Source: a virus. From it: DNA of 64,000 bases. Location: the IMG/VR virus record IMGVR_UViG_3300029858_000005. One strand, given 5' to 3'. Below the pieces are notes generated by a model. That model was not told where the DNA came from. It was given only the letters and a program-made list of their open reading frames with translations, and did no database searches. A program made the position numbers and the translations under genes. Shown in pieces: positions 1-6,914 of this stretch. The first letter of the stretch is position 1, and the number at the start of each line of letters is the position of its first letter.

Positions 1-2
1 TG

Positions 3-152
3 CTTGAGTCCGCAAGAGCAGTTCGGTCGGCAGTAACATATGCTTATCAGCTCGCTCAATATGAAGATTTGCCGAAGGGCGTGCTTAAATACTCAACTTC
101 GGCAGACTATAAGAACCATACGGCGATTATTACCGCTGTTCCGGTTGAGTAG
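3..152 (+). CDS. 3' end of a CDS truncated by the window edge (function unknown)
   Basis: The frame is open from the window edge to TAG at 150-152 (...HTAIITAVPVE*). It lies 21 nt upstream of the next start codon. Confidence 0.35.
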   Translation, partial: LESARAVRSAVTYAYQLAQYEDLPKGVLKYSTSADYKNHTAIITAVPVE

Positions 153-173
153 TAAACTTTAAAAGATTAAAGT

Positions 174-929
174 ATGGAGGAAATTATAAAACTCGGAAGA
201 ACCGATACAATGACATCTCTCGAAATTGCAGAGATAACCGGGAAAAAGCATGCTCATGTGATGCGTGACATTCGCTCCCTGATAGAGCAGGGAGTTAACG
301 GATCCAACTTTGGATTGGTTCGTTATAAAGATAAAAAAGGAGAGGTGAGGCCAATGTTTGAGCTAACACCAAAGGGTTGCTTGATTTTGGCGAGCGGCTA
401 TGACGCTTTGCTCCGTGAGAAAATTATAAATAAGCTTGAAGAACTTGAGAAGAAGAATCACCTGGAGCAGTATCAAGTACCTCAGTCTTTCTCCGAGGCC
501 CTTATGCTTGCAGCAAAGCAGCAGGAGAAGATAGAGCAACAACAGCTTGCTCTAGAATCGAAGAACAAAGAGATTGTACAGCTATCGGCAACAATCACCG
601 AGATGCAGCCAAAGGTTAGCTATGTTGATACAATCCTTTCGTGCAAGGAGACCGTTACGACGACACAGATTGCTCAGGACTACGGTCAATCAGCAAAAGC
701 GTTCAACATCTTGCTGAGAAACTTCGGTGTTCAGCATAAAGTTGGCGGTCAGTGGATTCTCTACGCAAAGTATCTCCCTTGTGGCTATGTCCAGTCTGAA
801 ACAGTTTCTATCACTCACCGTGATGGTAGTGTAGGTTCAGTAATGCATACAAAGTGGACTCAGAAAGGAAGATTGTTCTTGTATAATGAGTTAAAGAAAC
901 ATGAAATTCTTCCATTAATCGAAAAATAG
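174..929 (+). CDS. Rha-family phage regulatory protein / antirepressor with C-terminal KilAC (ANT-like) domain
   Basis: The N-terminus TSLEIAEITGKKHAHVMRDIRSL fits the Phage_pRha signature. The C-terminus TTTQIAQDYGQSAKAFNILLRNFGV..GGQWILYAKY..GYV fits KilA-C/ANT domains. Confidence 0.8.
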   Translation: MEEIIKLGRTDTMTSLEIAEITGKKHAHVMRDIRSLIEQGVNGSNFGLVRYKDKKGEVRPMFELTPKGCLILASGYDALLREKIINKLEELEKKNHLEQYQVPQSFSEALMLAAKQQEKIEQQQLALESKNKEIVQLSATITEMQPKVSYVDTILSCKETVTTTQIAQDYGQSAKAFNILLRNFGVQHKVGGQWILYAKYLPCGYVQSETVSITHRDGSVGSVMHTKWTQKGRLFLYNELKKHEILPLIEK

Positions 930-932
930 CCT

Positions 933-1136
933 ATGCCTCGCAAGAAAGTATCAGTAGAGCCTGTCGAAAAGATATGGCTCTCTACAAAAGAGTTCGCCAA
1001 GTATATTGGCATGAGCACTGGTTATATACACGACTTGAGAAAGAGCGGTCAGATTCATCATTATATGATAGGTAACACCGCATTCTTTAAAAAGTCTGAT
1101 ATAGATGAGCTCATTGAAGAGCATAAAGTGTGTTGA
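933..1136 (+). CDS. Small helix-turn-helix DNA-binding protein (excisionase/MerR-like HTH)
   Basis: 67 aa. WLSTKEFAKYIGMSTGYIHDLRKSGQIHHY...FFKKSDIDELI is the usual excisionase-family HTH pattern. It starts 4 nt after the previous stop. Confidence 0.65.
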   Translation: MPRKKVSVEPVEKIWLSTKEFAKYIGMSTGYIHDLRKSGQIHHYMIGNTAFFKKSDIDELIEEHKVC

Positions 1137-1235
1137 AATATTGGTATGGTTAAAGTTATAGATTTATTTCATTTGCTCGTGAGAGTATGATTGTTAGTTA
1201 TTAGTTATTTGGGTTTTATCTACAGCGGTAGATAT

Positions 1236-1276
1236 TTTGGGGCGATGTCTGTTCGTTTAGCTTCTTTCGCCCCAAA
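1236..1276 (+). promoter_or_regulatory. 10-bp hairpin immediately 5' of tRNA-Arg, loop contains TGTCTGT (tRNA-leader hairpin family)
   Basis: TTTGGGGCGA (1236-1245) pairs perfectly with TCGCCCCAAA (1267-1276) around a 21-nt loop TGTCTGTTCGTTTAGCTTCTT. It ends 3 nt before the tRNA. Confidence 0.45.
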
Positions 1277-1279
1277 TCA

Positions 1280-1354
1280 GACTGAGTAGCTCAGTTGGAT
1301 AGAGCATCGTTTTCCTAAAACGAGGGTCGATGGGTCCGAATCCCTCCTCAGTCA
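1280..1354 (+). tRNA. tRNA-Arg (anticodon CCT)
   Basis: Acceptor GACTGAG/CTCAGTC, D arm GCTC-AGTTGGATA-GAGC, anticodon stem TCGTT/AACGA and 7-nt loop TTCCTAA (U33, CCT, A37). The T arm GATGGG-TCCGAAT-CCCTC has one bulged T. Confidence 0.75.
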
Positions 1355-1865
1355 CACTCTTTTTTAGTTCCGTTTAGTAGTTGAATTCCTCTCTGACGGC
1401 GCAAAGATAAGCCCACGACCTTATAAAGTAGGTAGTTCGGGCAGCTACAATCTTGCATCGGGAGAGGTTCGGAAAGGATTGGAGAAGTAGTTCTTTGACA
1501 TATTGATGCACAGAATAGTATGCGTGGAAAATAAGTAGCCGGAGAGCATCGATGGATGCCGTGACCTGGCGAAAAGGACGCACGACATACGAAAAACTAG
1601 TCAGTAACAGATATTACATAGACTATACTGATGAACTATACTGAAACATCAGTACAAGCAAAGGGCATAATATAGGTCTGTATCGTTTACTATGTAGTAT
1701 TCTAGTCGAAGTATGTATTATTGCCATCTTACGTGTAAGATATTTATAATATGTATGGAGTGTCATACGGAACGTCAATGCTAGCTGTATCGGGAATACG
1801 GAAACGATTAATATCGTGGCATTCACAAACGACAGAAAGTTCCATGGTTTTAGATACATAAAACA

Positions 1866-1965
1866 GCAGGGTATGGTGTAAGTGGTATTCTTGCACACCT
1901 CGCACAATAGATGATACCTCTTCTTATCGTGTGAGATAGTGGCGGTTCGATTCCGCCTCCCTGCA
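1866..1965 (+). tRNA. tRNA-like gene with oversized D loop and 23-nt anticodon loop (anticodon not assignable)
   Basis: Acceptor GCAGGG(T)/(T)CCCTGC and a canonical T arm GGCGG-TTCGATT-CCGCC. The anticodon stem CGCAC/GTGTG encloses the 23-nt loop AATAGATGATACCTCTTCTTATC. Confidence 0.55.
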
Positions 1966-2118
1966 CAAATTTTCAATTATTATTATTAGATAGTACAACG
2001 TTTATTACGAATATATAAGTCTAGCTAACTCTGAACAGAGTTAAGTCAAAGAATGAGACTTTAACACTACTTTAAAGTGGAGATTACTTCTCAATACTTT
2101 AATTAAATAACAACAAAG

Positions 2119-2207
2119 AGGAGACTGGTGTAATTGGAAGCACAGCGACAACTAGATGATACCGTTCTTATCGTCGTGAGATGGGGGTTCGAGTCCTCCG
2201 TCTCCTC
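2119..2207 (+). tRNA. tRNA-like gene with 23-nt anticodon loop (contains CTA; anticodon not assignable)
   Basis: Acceptor AGGAGAC/GTCTCCT, U8, D arm GTGT-AATTGGAA-GCAC, 5-nt variable loop and T arm GGGGG-TTCGAGT-CCTCC. The anticodon stem GCGAC/GTCGT encloses the 23-nt loop AACTAGATGATACCGTTCTTATC. Confidence 0.6.
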
Positions 2208-2248
2208 CAACATATAATTCATTGTATTCTAATTTATTCAATTAAAAA

Positions 2249-2276
2249 TGCAGCTCGTCTGTGAAGATAGGCTGCA
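2249..2276 (+). promoter_or_regulatory. tRNA-leader hairpin, loop TCGTCTGTGAAGATAG
   Basis: TGCAGC (2249-2254) pairs with GCTGCA (2271-2276) around a 16-nt loop. It ends 5 nt before the tRNA at 2282. Confidence 0.45.
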
Positions 2277-2281
2277 CACAT

Positions 2282-2354
2282 CGCAGGTTGGAGCAGTTGG
2301 TAGCTCGCTAGGCTCATGACCTAGAGGTCACAGATTCGAGTTCTGTACCTGCCA
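2282..2354 (+). tRNA. tRNA with CAT anticodon (Met; Ile2 or initiator-like cannot be excluded)
   Basis: Canonical cloverleaf: D arm GAGC/GCTC, anticodon stem CTAGG/CCTAG, loop CTCATGA and T arm ACAGA-TTCGAGT-TCTGT. There is a C1xC72 mismatch at the top of the acceptor stem. Confidence 0.8.
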
Positions 2355-2408
2355 CAAATGTTTATTTTTGAAGCTCTAAATTGTTTATATGTGAAAAGAT
2401 TGTTTCTT

Positions 2409-2438
2409 GCGTATCTGGTCTGGGAAGATAGGATACGT
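2409..2438 (+). promoter_or_regulatory. tRNA-leader hairpin, loop TGGTCTGGGAAGATAG
   Basis: GCGTATC (2409-2415) pairs with GATACGT (2432-2438, one G-U). The 16-nt loop is 14/16 identical to the loop at 2255-2270, although the stems are unrelated. Confidence 0.45.
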
Positions 2439-2473
2439 CTATTTCTTTTAGAAGGAATTATTTTTTATTTCTG

Positions 2474-2550
2474 AGGAGAGTAGCTCAGTAGTAGAGCGCC
2501 AGGGGAAGGGTCCTTGGAGGTCGATGGTGCGAATCCATCCTCTCTTCCCA
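2474..2550 (+). tRNA. tRNA-like gene with 6-bp anticodon stem and loop GAAGGGT lacking U33; encoded CCA
   Basis: Acceptor AGGAGAG/CTCTCTT, D arm GCTC-AGTAGTA-GAGC, T arm GATGG-TGCGAAT-CCATC, then C-CCA. The anticodon arm CCAGGG-GAAGGGT-CCTTGG is 19 nt rather than 17. Confidence 0.55.
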
Positions 2551-2595
2551 ATTTTCTTTCGTATTTCAAGATTTTTGATTGGTTAACTTATGTGT

Positions 2596-2667
2596 CGCCC
2601 AGTAGCTTAACTGCATAGAGCCGTGGTTCTTTCCGCGAGGTTGGGAGTTGGAGTCTCCCCTGGGCTT
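2596..2667 (+). tRNA. tRNA-like gene with 6-nt anticodon loop TTCTTT (possibly Lys-CTT-derived)
   Basis: Acceptor (C)GCCCAG/CTGGGC(T), U8, D arm GCTT-AACTGCATA-GAGC and T arm GGGAG-TTGGAGT-CTCCC. The anticodon stem CGTGG/CCGCG encloses only 6 nt, and no position-26 nucleotide is left. Confidence 0.5.
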
Positions 2668-2753
2668 CCCAAGTAGGTAAATTTCTAATTTAGCTGACAG
2701 AGGTCGGCACTTTTTCTTATAAGTCATTTATATTTTAATTTGAGTATTAATAT

Positions 2754-2777
2754 CCTCTTGCTTGTGAAAGTAGGAGG
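2754..2777 (+). promoter_or_regulatory. tRNA-leader hairpin (weaker member), loop TTGCTTGTGAAAGTA
   Basis: CCTC (2754-2757) pairs with GAGG (2774-2777). The loop resembles the other two leader loops (about 11/16). It ends 5 nt before the tRNA-like gene at 2783, the same spacing as at 2276/2282. Confidence 0.3.
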
Positions 2778-2782
2778 TACAA

Positions 2783-2854
2783 GCCACATTAGCTCAGTTG
2801 GTCAGAGCAGTCCAAGATACCGACAGGCCGCAGGTTCGAGTCCTGCATGTGGCT
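2783..2854 (+). tRNA. tRNA-like gene with truncated 15-nt anticodon arm (3-bp stem GTC/GAC, loop CAAGATACC; possibly Ile-GAT-derived)
   Basis: Perfect acceptor GCCACAT/ATGTGGC, D arm GCTC-AGTTGGTCA-GAGC and T arm GCAGG-TTCGAGT-CCTGC. Only 21 nt lie between the D and T arms. Confidence 0.55.
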
Positions 2855-3023
2855 CACTTAATTGTGAGTGCCATAAATTTACAGTTTTTGATTATCTTTG
2901 GGAGTGAGGGTGTCTATTGTCCCTCCTCCCTTTAACATTGACTTCTACTCCATCTCACAATAACCACGTGCAATCACCTCTCCTGCCTTGCGTGGTTGGC
3001 TAAACGGAGAGGTTTTACTATAG

Positions 3024-3287
3024 ATGAAAGTTATAAACATAATAAGAATCAGTAAGGAAAACATTAATGCTCTTCGAAATCTGGAATGCGTTGAAAACGT
3101 AGAACAGAACGGAAAGGACATTATTGTTCGCATTAAACCGAAATATACGGATGGTAGACTTGAAGCCAGAAAGGGTGAATATATTATTCAGTGGGGTAAC
3201 AAAATGTGGCAGAGGTATGGCTCTGATGCTATCAATATGCTTTCCAAAAATCCCGGAGCGGAGGCCGGCAAGACATGGGACGCGTAG
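3024..3287 (+). CDS. hypothetical protein
   Basis: 87-aa ORF that overlaps the next same-strand gene by 13 nt. The antisense ORFs look low-complexity. Confidence 0.5.
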   Translation: MKVINIIRISKENINALRNLECVENVEQNGKDIIVRIKPKYTDGRLEARKGEYIIQWGNKMWQRYGSDAINMLSKNPGAEAGKTWDA

Positions 3288-3739
3288 GTTCAAAGAAGTA
3301 TTACGCTCCTGACGGGAACGAATACGATTCAAGAGAGGAGTATCTGTACTTGCAGACCATCCTCGATGATCCTGGTATAAGCTGCATACACAGACAGGTA
3401 ACCATCACGGCCATCAACCCGGTATGGATGCTGAAACCAAAGCAGCTTAAAACTAAGGTCAAGTATGAGAGAAGGTCACTGCTTTACGGGCATAACTATA
3501 CTGCCGACTTCGTTTACCGGGAAGGCGAGAAGATTGTGATATGTGATGTCAAGAGCCTCTATACCTCAAAGCTCAGAGAGTTCTCGATTACAACAAAGGC
3601 TGTGGTGGCAAGACTTATCGCCCACAATAGGAAACGTCATAACGGCGAGTCTGTTGTGATATTCCGTAAGGCTATCAAGATAAAGAAGAACGAGTGGAAA
3701 ATCGTTGATTATCCACCGTCCGACTGCTATATAATATAA
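3275..3739 (+). CDS. DUF1064-like protein (putative PD-(D/E)xK-type nuclease)
   Basis: KKYYAPDGNEYDSREEYLY...Q...YTADFVY..GEKIVICDVKS matches the DUF1064 pattern as I recall it. Confidence 0.55.
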   Translation: MGRVGSKKYYAPDGNEYDSREEYLYLQTILDDPGISCIHRQVTITAINPVWMLKPKQLKTKVKYERRSLLYGHNYTADFVYREGEKIVICDVKSLYTSKLREFSITTKAVVARLIAHNRKRHNGESVVIFRKAIKIKKNEWKIVDYPPSDCYII

Positions 3740-3883
3740 TAAGGTGTAAAATCTAAAAGATATGGTTATCATTTTCAATAGTCTCGTAGCCACGGTAGCT
3801 ATGTTCGCAGCATGCGCATTCGTCGTACATCTCCTTGGTTGGGATAAGGAAGACTAGTAGTTTAATTCTAAATATTTTAAATT

Positions 3884-4279
3884 ATGGACAAAGACAAAAT
3901 TATCGTCAGTGTAGTAATTGACAAGCAGGCTCTTGTTGACAGAGCATTCGACATCTCGAAGAATCCTTCTGAGTTCAATGAAATCAAGAAGGTTATCGAC
4001 GGCAAAAACCAGTTTACTCGTGATATCGACGAGATTGATGATGAAGGCAAGAAGGAGAATAATACGAACCTTTTCGCCGGCATCGCATTGGACGTCATCC
4101 TCTGTGACAACCAGGAACTGGGAATCACCAAGCGTTTAAACGCGCTTGAGGACAAGAAGAACTCTTTCCTCGCTAAGATGAAAAAGCTCGACGAACTCCA
4201 GAAAAAAGTGAAAAACGGAGAGGTGCATGGCGTTGAAGGTTTCCGTGAGTTGTTGAAAATAATGGAGGAGGACGTGTAA
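3884..4279 (+). CDS. hypothetical protein (acidic, coiled-coil C-terminus)
   Basis: 131-aa ORF whose stop overlaps the next start (ATGA-type junction). Confidence 0.6.
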   Translation: MDKDKIIVSVVIDKQALVDRAFDISKNPSEFNEIKKVIDGKNQFTRDIDEIDDEGKKENNTNLFAGIALDVILCDNQELGITKRLNALEDKKNSFLAKMKKLDELQKKVKNGEVHGVEGFRELLKIMEEDV

Positions 4280-4488
4280 TGGGTGTAGTATCAAAGTACG
4301 GAAACCTGTATGATGTAAAGAAGAACATCATCTGCCACGCTCCTGTCACTTCTTCACATTTCGAAAGTATTTTGAAGAAGGGCAATGTACTTCCAATGAT
4401 GAATGGCGTAACAACACCAGAATTGTTCGGAATTCACGCGGACAAGAAATTTAAGCGTGGACGCTGGCGCCGAGTATTAACACATTAA
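4279..4488 (+). CDS. hypothetical protein
   Basis: 69-aa ORF, translationally coupled to the upstream gene. Confidence 0.5.
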   Translation: MGVVSKYGNLYDVKKNIICHAPVTSSHFESILKKGNVLPMMNGVTTPELFGIHADKKFKRGRWRRVLTH

Positions 4489-4499
4489 TTCATATAACA

Positions 4500-4949
4500 A
4501 TGGCAAAAGAAAAAGCAAACATTTCGGCAACACTAGGTCACGAGTACGAGGACCTGGAGGAGCGTGAGGATTTCCTCGCCAACAACGCTGACTCCGTTGA
4601 GAAGATGGAGTTCATCAAGCGATTCAATTCTGATGAGCTGATGAAAAAGAAGGACCTGTTCGCCCTTCAGTCTGCACGTGCATCTGACATCGAGGAGGAA
4701 ATCAAGGATTTCCGTGAGCAGAAAAAGGCAGAGTTGAAGCCTATCAAGGAAGAGATTTCTTCTCTCCTTAAGGAAATCAAGCAGAAGGGTAGCATGGTTA
4801 ACGAGAAGGTTTACAAGTTTGTTGACCGTGAAGCAAAGATGACTGCCTTCTATGACAAGGAGGGTAATCTTGTTTCTTCCCGTCCGGCAACACGTGACGA
4901 ACTCCCTAGCAATGTATACTCAATTAACCGTGATCAGCAGGCTATGTAG
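4500..4949 (+). CDS. hypothetical acidic coiled-coil protein
   Basis: 149-aa ORF with protein-like composition and no competing ORF. Confidence 0.65.
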   Translation: MAKEKANISATLGHEYEDLEEREDFLANNADSVEKMEFIKRFNSDELMKKKDLFALQSARASDIEEEIKDFREQKKAELKPIKEEISSLLKEIKQKGSMVNEKVYKFVDREAKMTAFYDKEGNLVSSRPATRDELPSNVYSINRDQQAM

Positions 4950-4991
4950 TCTGCTTTCACATAGTTTCTAAATTCTAAAATATTTTGTAAA

Positions 4992-5738
4992 ATGAACAAT
5001 GAAAAATTGCAGATAGACCTCGCTCCTGGACAGGATCATGCGGAGATTGTTCTCCGTGAGGTAGGTAACGAGAACCCTTATAAGCTTCCTGCAAAGGAGC
5101 CTCTTAATCTTCAGGTAGACGGTGTTATTACCTGTATCTATGCCTTCCTTGAGAAGCGTTGGGGTACAGAGCAGATTGACAAAGAGCATACGCATATCCT
5201 GGTTAATCGAGAGAAGCTCGTTGTTACTCTTGTTACAAACGAGAATGATGAGCGCACTACACAGACAATCATCGGCTCTATTCAGCTGTCTCGTCAGTTT
5301 ACGGGATTCCATATCAATGACGGTCAGTTGTGGAAACCGGTACAGCTTGGTGACTTCTTCCGACTCAACCGTTCTTTCTTTGAGACGAAGGAGAAGAACA
5401 TGGAACTCGTCAATCTCCTCAAGAGCTTCTCGGCGAAGGTTCAGACAACAATCAAGAAGGAATACAGCGACAATGGTTCCGTGACTGACAACTATGAGAA
5501 GGCTGTAGACTCTAACCTTCCTCCATCGTTCACTATCAATATTCCTATTTTCAAGGGCGCAGAGCCTGAGAAGCTTTCAATCGAGACTATCGCTCACGTC
5601 GAAGGCAACATGGCATTACTGACGCTTATCTCTGCTGATGCAGAATGTATCATCGAAGAATCCCGCGACAAGATCATCAATACGGAGCTTGACAAGATTC
5701 GTAAGCTCTGTCCTGAGATTCCTATTATGGAAGTGTAA
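4992..5738 (+). CDS. hypothetical protein
   Basis: 248-aa ORF whose stop overlaps the next start. Confidence 0.7.
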   Translation: MNNEKLQIDLAPGQDHAEIVLREVGNENPYKLPAKEPLNLQVDGVITCIYAFLEKRWGTEQIDKEHTHILVNREKLVVTLVTNENDERTTQTIIGSIQLSRQFTGFHINDGQLWKPVQLGDFFRLNRSFFETKEKNMELVNLLKSFSAKVQTTIKKEYSDNGSVTDNYEKAVDSNLPPSFTINIPIFKGAEPEKLSIETIAHVEGNMALLTLISADAECIIEESRDKIINTELDKIRKLCPEIPIMEV

Positions 5739-6001
5739 TGACAGAAATAGATAACAGAATAGCAAAAATGCCCGCCAAGGTGGCCTTTGCTGTACTTGAC
5801 TTGCGTAAGGCGCATGCGTGCATCATGGAACTTCCACGAAGCAAGTCGGTACAGCTGGCCAGAAAGGCGGCATACCTCAACTACATTGAAGGTGAGGGTA
5901 GAAAACTCGGTAAGGTTCCACTTCATTATGAACGCCTTAATGAAAAGGGTGAAAGCGTGACGGTGGAAACTTACTTCAGATATTTAGATAGAGTTCATTA
6001 A
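5738..6001 (+). CDS. hypothetical protein
   Basis: 87-aa ORF, coupled to the upstream gene. Confidence 0.55.
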   Translation: MTEIDNRIAKMPAKVAFAVLDLRKAHACIMELPRSKSVQLARKAAYLNYIEGEGRKLGKVPLHYERLNEKGESVTVETYFRYLDRVH

Positions 6002-6018
6002 TTTCAAAATCTATACAA

Positions 6019-6903
6019 ATGGATATAGAGCAGTTAAACAAAACGCCTCATAATCAGATTTGCGATTTGGCAAGAGACAGATTCATCGAGGTGTACAATC
6101 AGAAGTTCGGAGAGGGTGGAGACGTATTCTTTGAAGAGCAGAAGGCGTTCTTCAACGAAGAACTTCTCAATGGTCCGTTCAAAGGCTATCTTGAAAAGGC
6201 TCCATCACTGAATATTCATGATGCCTTCATGAACCTGGCAATTAACGGATTGTCTCTCGAAAAGGGAACTACGACACTCTGCTACCTCATGGGCTACAGC
6301 AACTACGACAAGAATACCCGACAAACGAATTATACGGCCAAGATTACCTATACAGGATATGGAGAAATCCTTCTTCGCCAGCGAGCCGGTCAGATTGTTC
6401 GTTGTGACAATCCTGTCGTAGTTTACAATTGTGACGATTTTCGTTTCGGTGAACGAGACGGTCATAAGTACGTTGATTACGCAAAGACTTATCCTCGACC
6501 TGAAAATTCATACATCGTTGCTTGTTACGTGAAGATTATTCTTCCGAACAATGCCTACGATTACTTCGTTCTTGACCGCGAAGGTATCGACCGTCTCCGT
6601 ACGTATTCGGAGAAGTTCGGAGGTAAAGACCACAAAGCCAATGCTCTTTACGGCGGAAACTATGTCGGGAACGATGGTAGAACGTATTTCAGAGATATCG
6701 ACACAGGCTTCCTTATCTCGAAGACATGCAAGCATGCGTTCAAGGGCTATCCTAAACTGAAGGTTGGTCTGGGCGCTCTTTTGCAGGCCGATATCGACAT
6801 GCAGACTCAGCAGAAACCGACTCAGGAAGCCTTTGGCGCCGGAGATACCGCACCGGAAGACAAAGGCGTCAAGGTAAAGGTTGACAGTGATTCACCATTT
6901 TAA
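6019..6903 (+). CDS. RecT-like single-strand annealing protein
   Basis: AFMNLAINGLSLEKG..CYLMGY...ITYTGYGEILLRQRAGQIV...VVVYNCDDFRF...YVACYVKI follows the RecT family pattern. It is followed by a PD-(D/E)xK nuclease gene. Confidence 0.6.
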   Translation: MDIEQLNKTPHNQICDLARDRFIEVYNQKFGEGGDVFFEEQKAFFNEELLNGPFKGYLEKAPSLNIHDAFMNLAINGLSLEKGTTTLCYLMGYSNYDKNTRQTNYTAKITYTGYGEILLRQRAGQIVRCDNPVVVYNCDDFRFGERDGHKYVDYAKTYPRPENSYIVACYVKIILPNNAYDYFVLDREGIDRLRTYSEKFGGKDHKANALYGGNYVGNDGRTYFRDIDTGFLISKTCKHAFKGYPKLKVGLGALLQADIDMQTQQKPTQEAFGAGDTAPEDKGVKVKVDSDSPF

Positions 6904-6914
6904 AATTGTTATAT

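Noticed and set aside
933-1136. Excisionase-like HTH genes (933..1136 and 24393..24737) as evidence of a prophage or integration module
   Set aside because: No integrase, att-like repeats or flanking bacterial genes are present in the window. These HTH proteins are more safely called generic DNA-binding regulators.
1374-1976. Minus-strand ORFs 1374..1583 and 1623..1976 in the tRNA array
   Set aside because: Their composition is odd, one overlaps a tRNA-like gene, and they are opposite to all surrounding transcription units.
1866-2207. Stop-codon recoding (a CTA-containing tRNA-like gene as amber suppressor)
   Set aside because: ORFs of 2625, 2069, 764 and 568 aa are intact under the standard code, and gene ends are well defined by TAA, TAG and TGA alike. 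There is no sign of genome-wide TAG or TGA reassignment in this window. In addition, the loop lacks U33.
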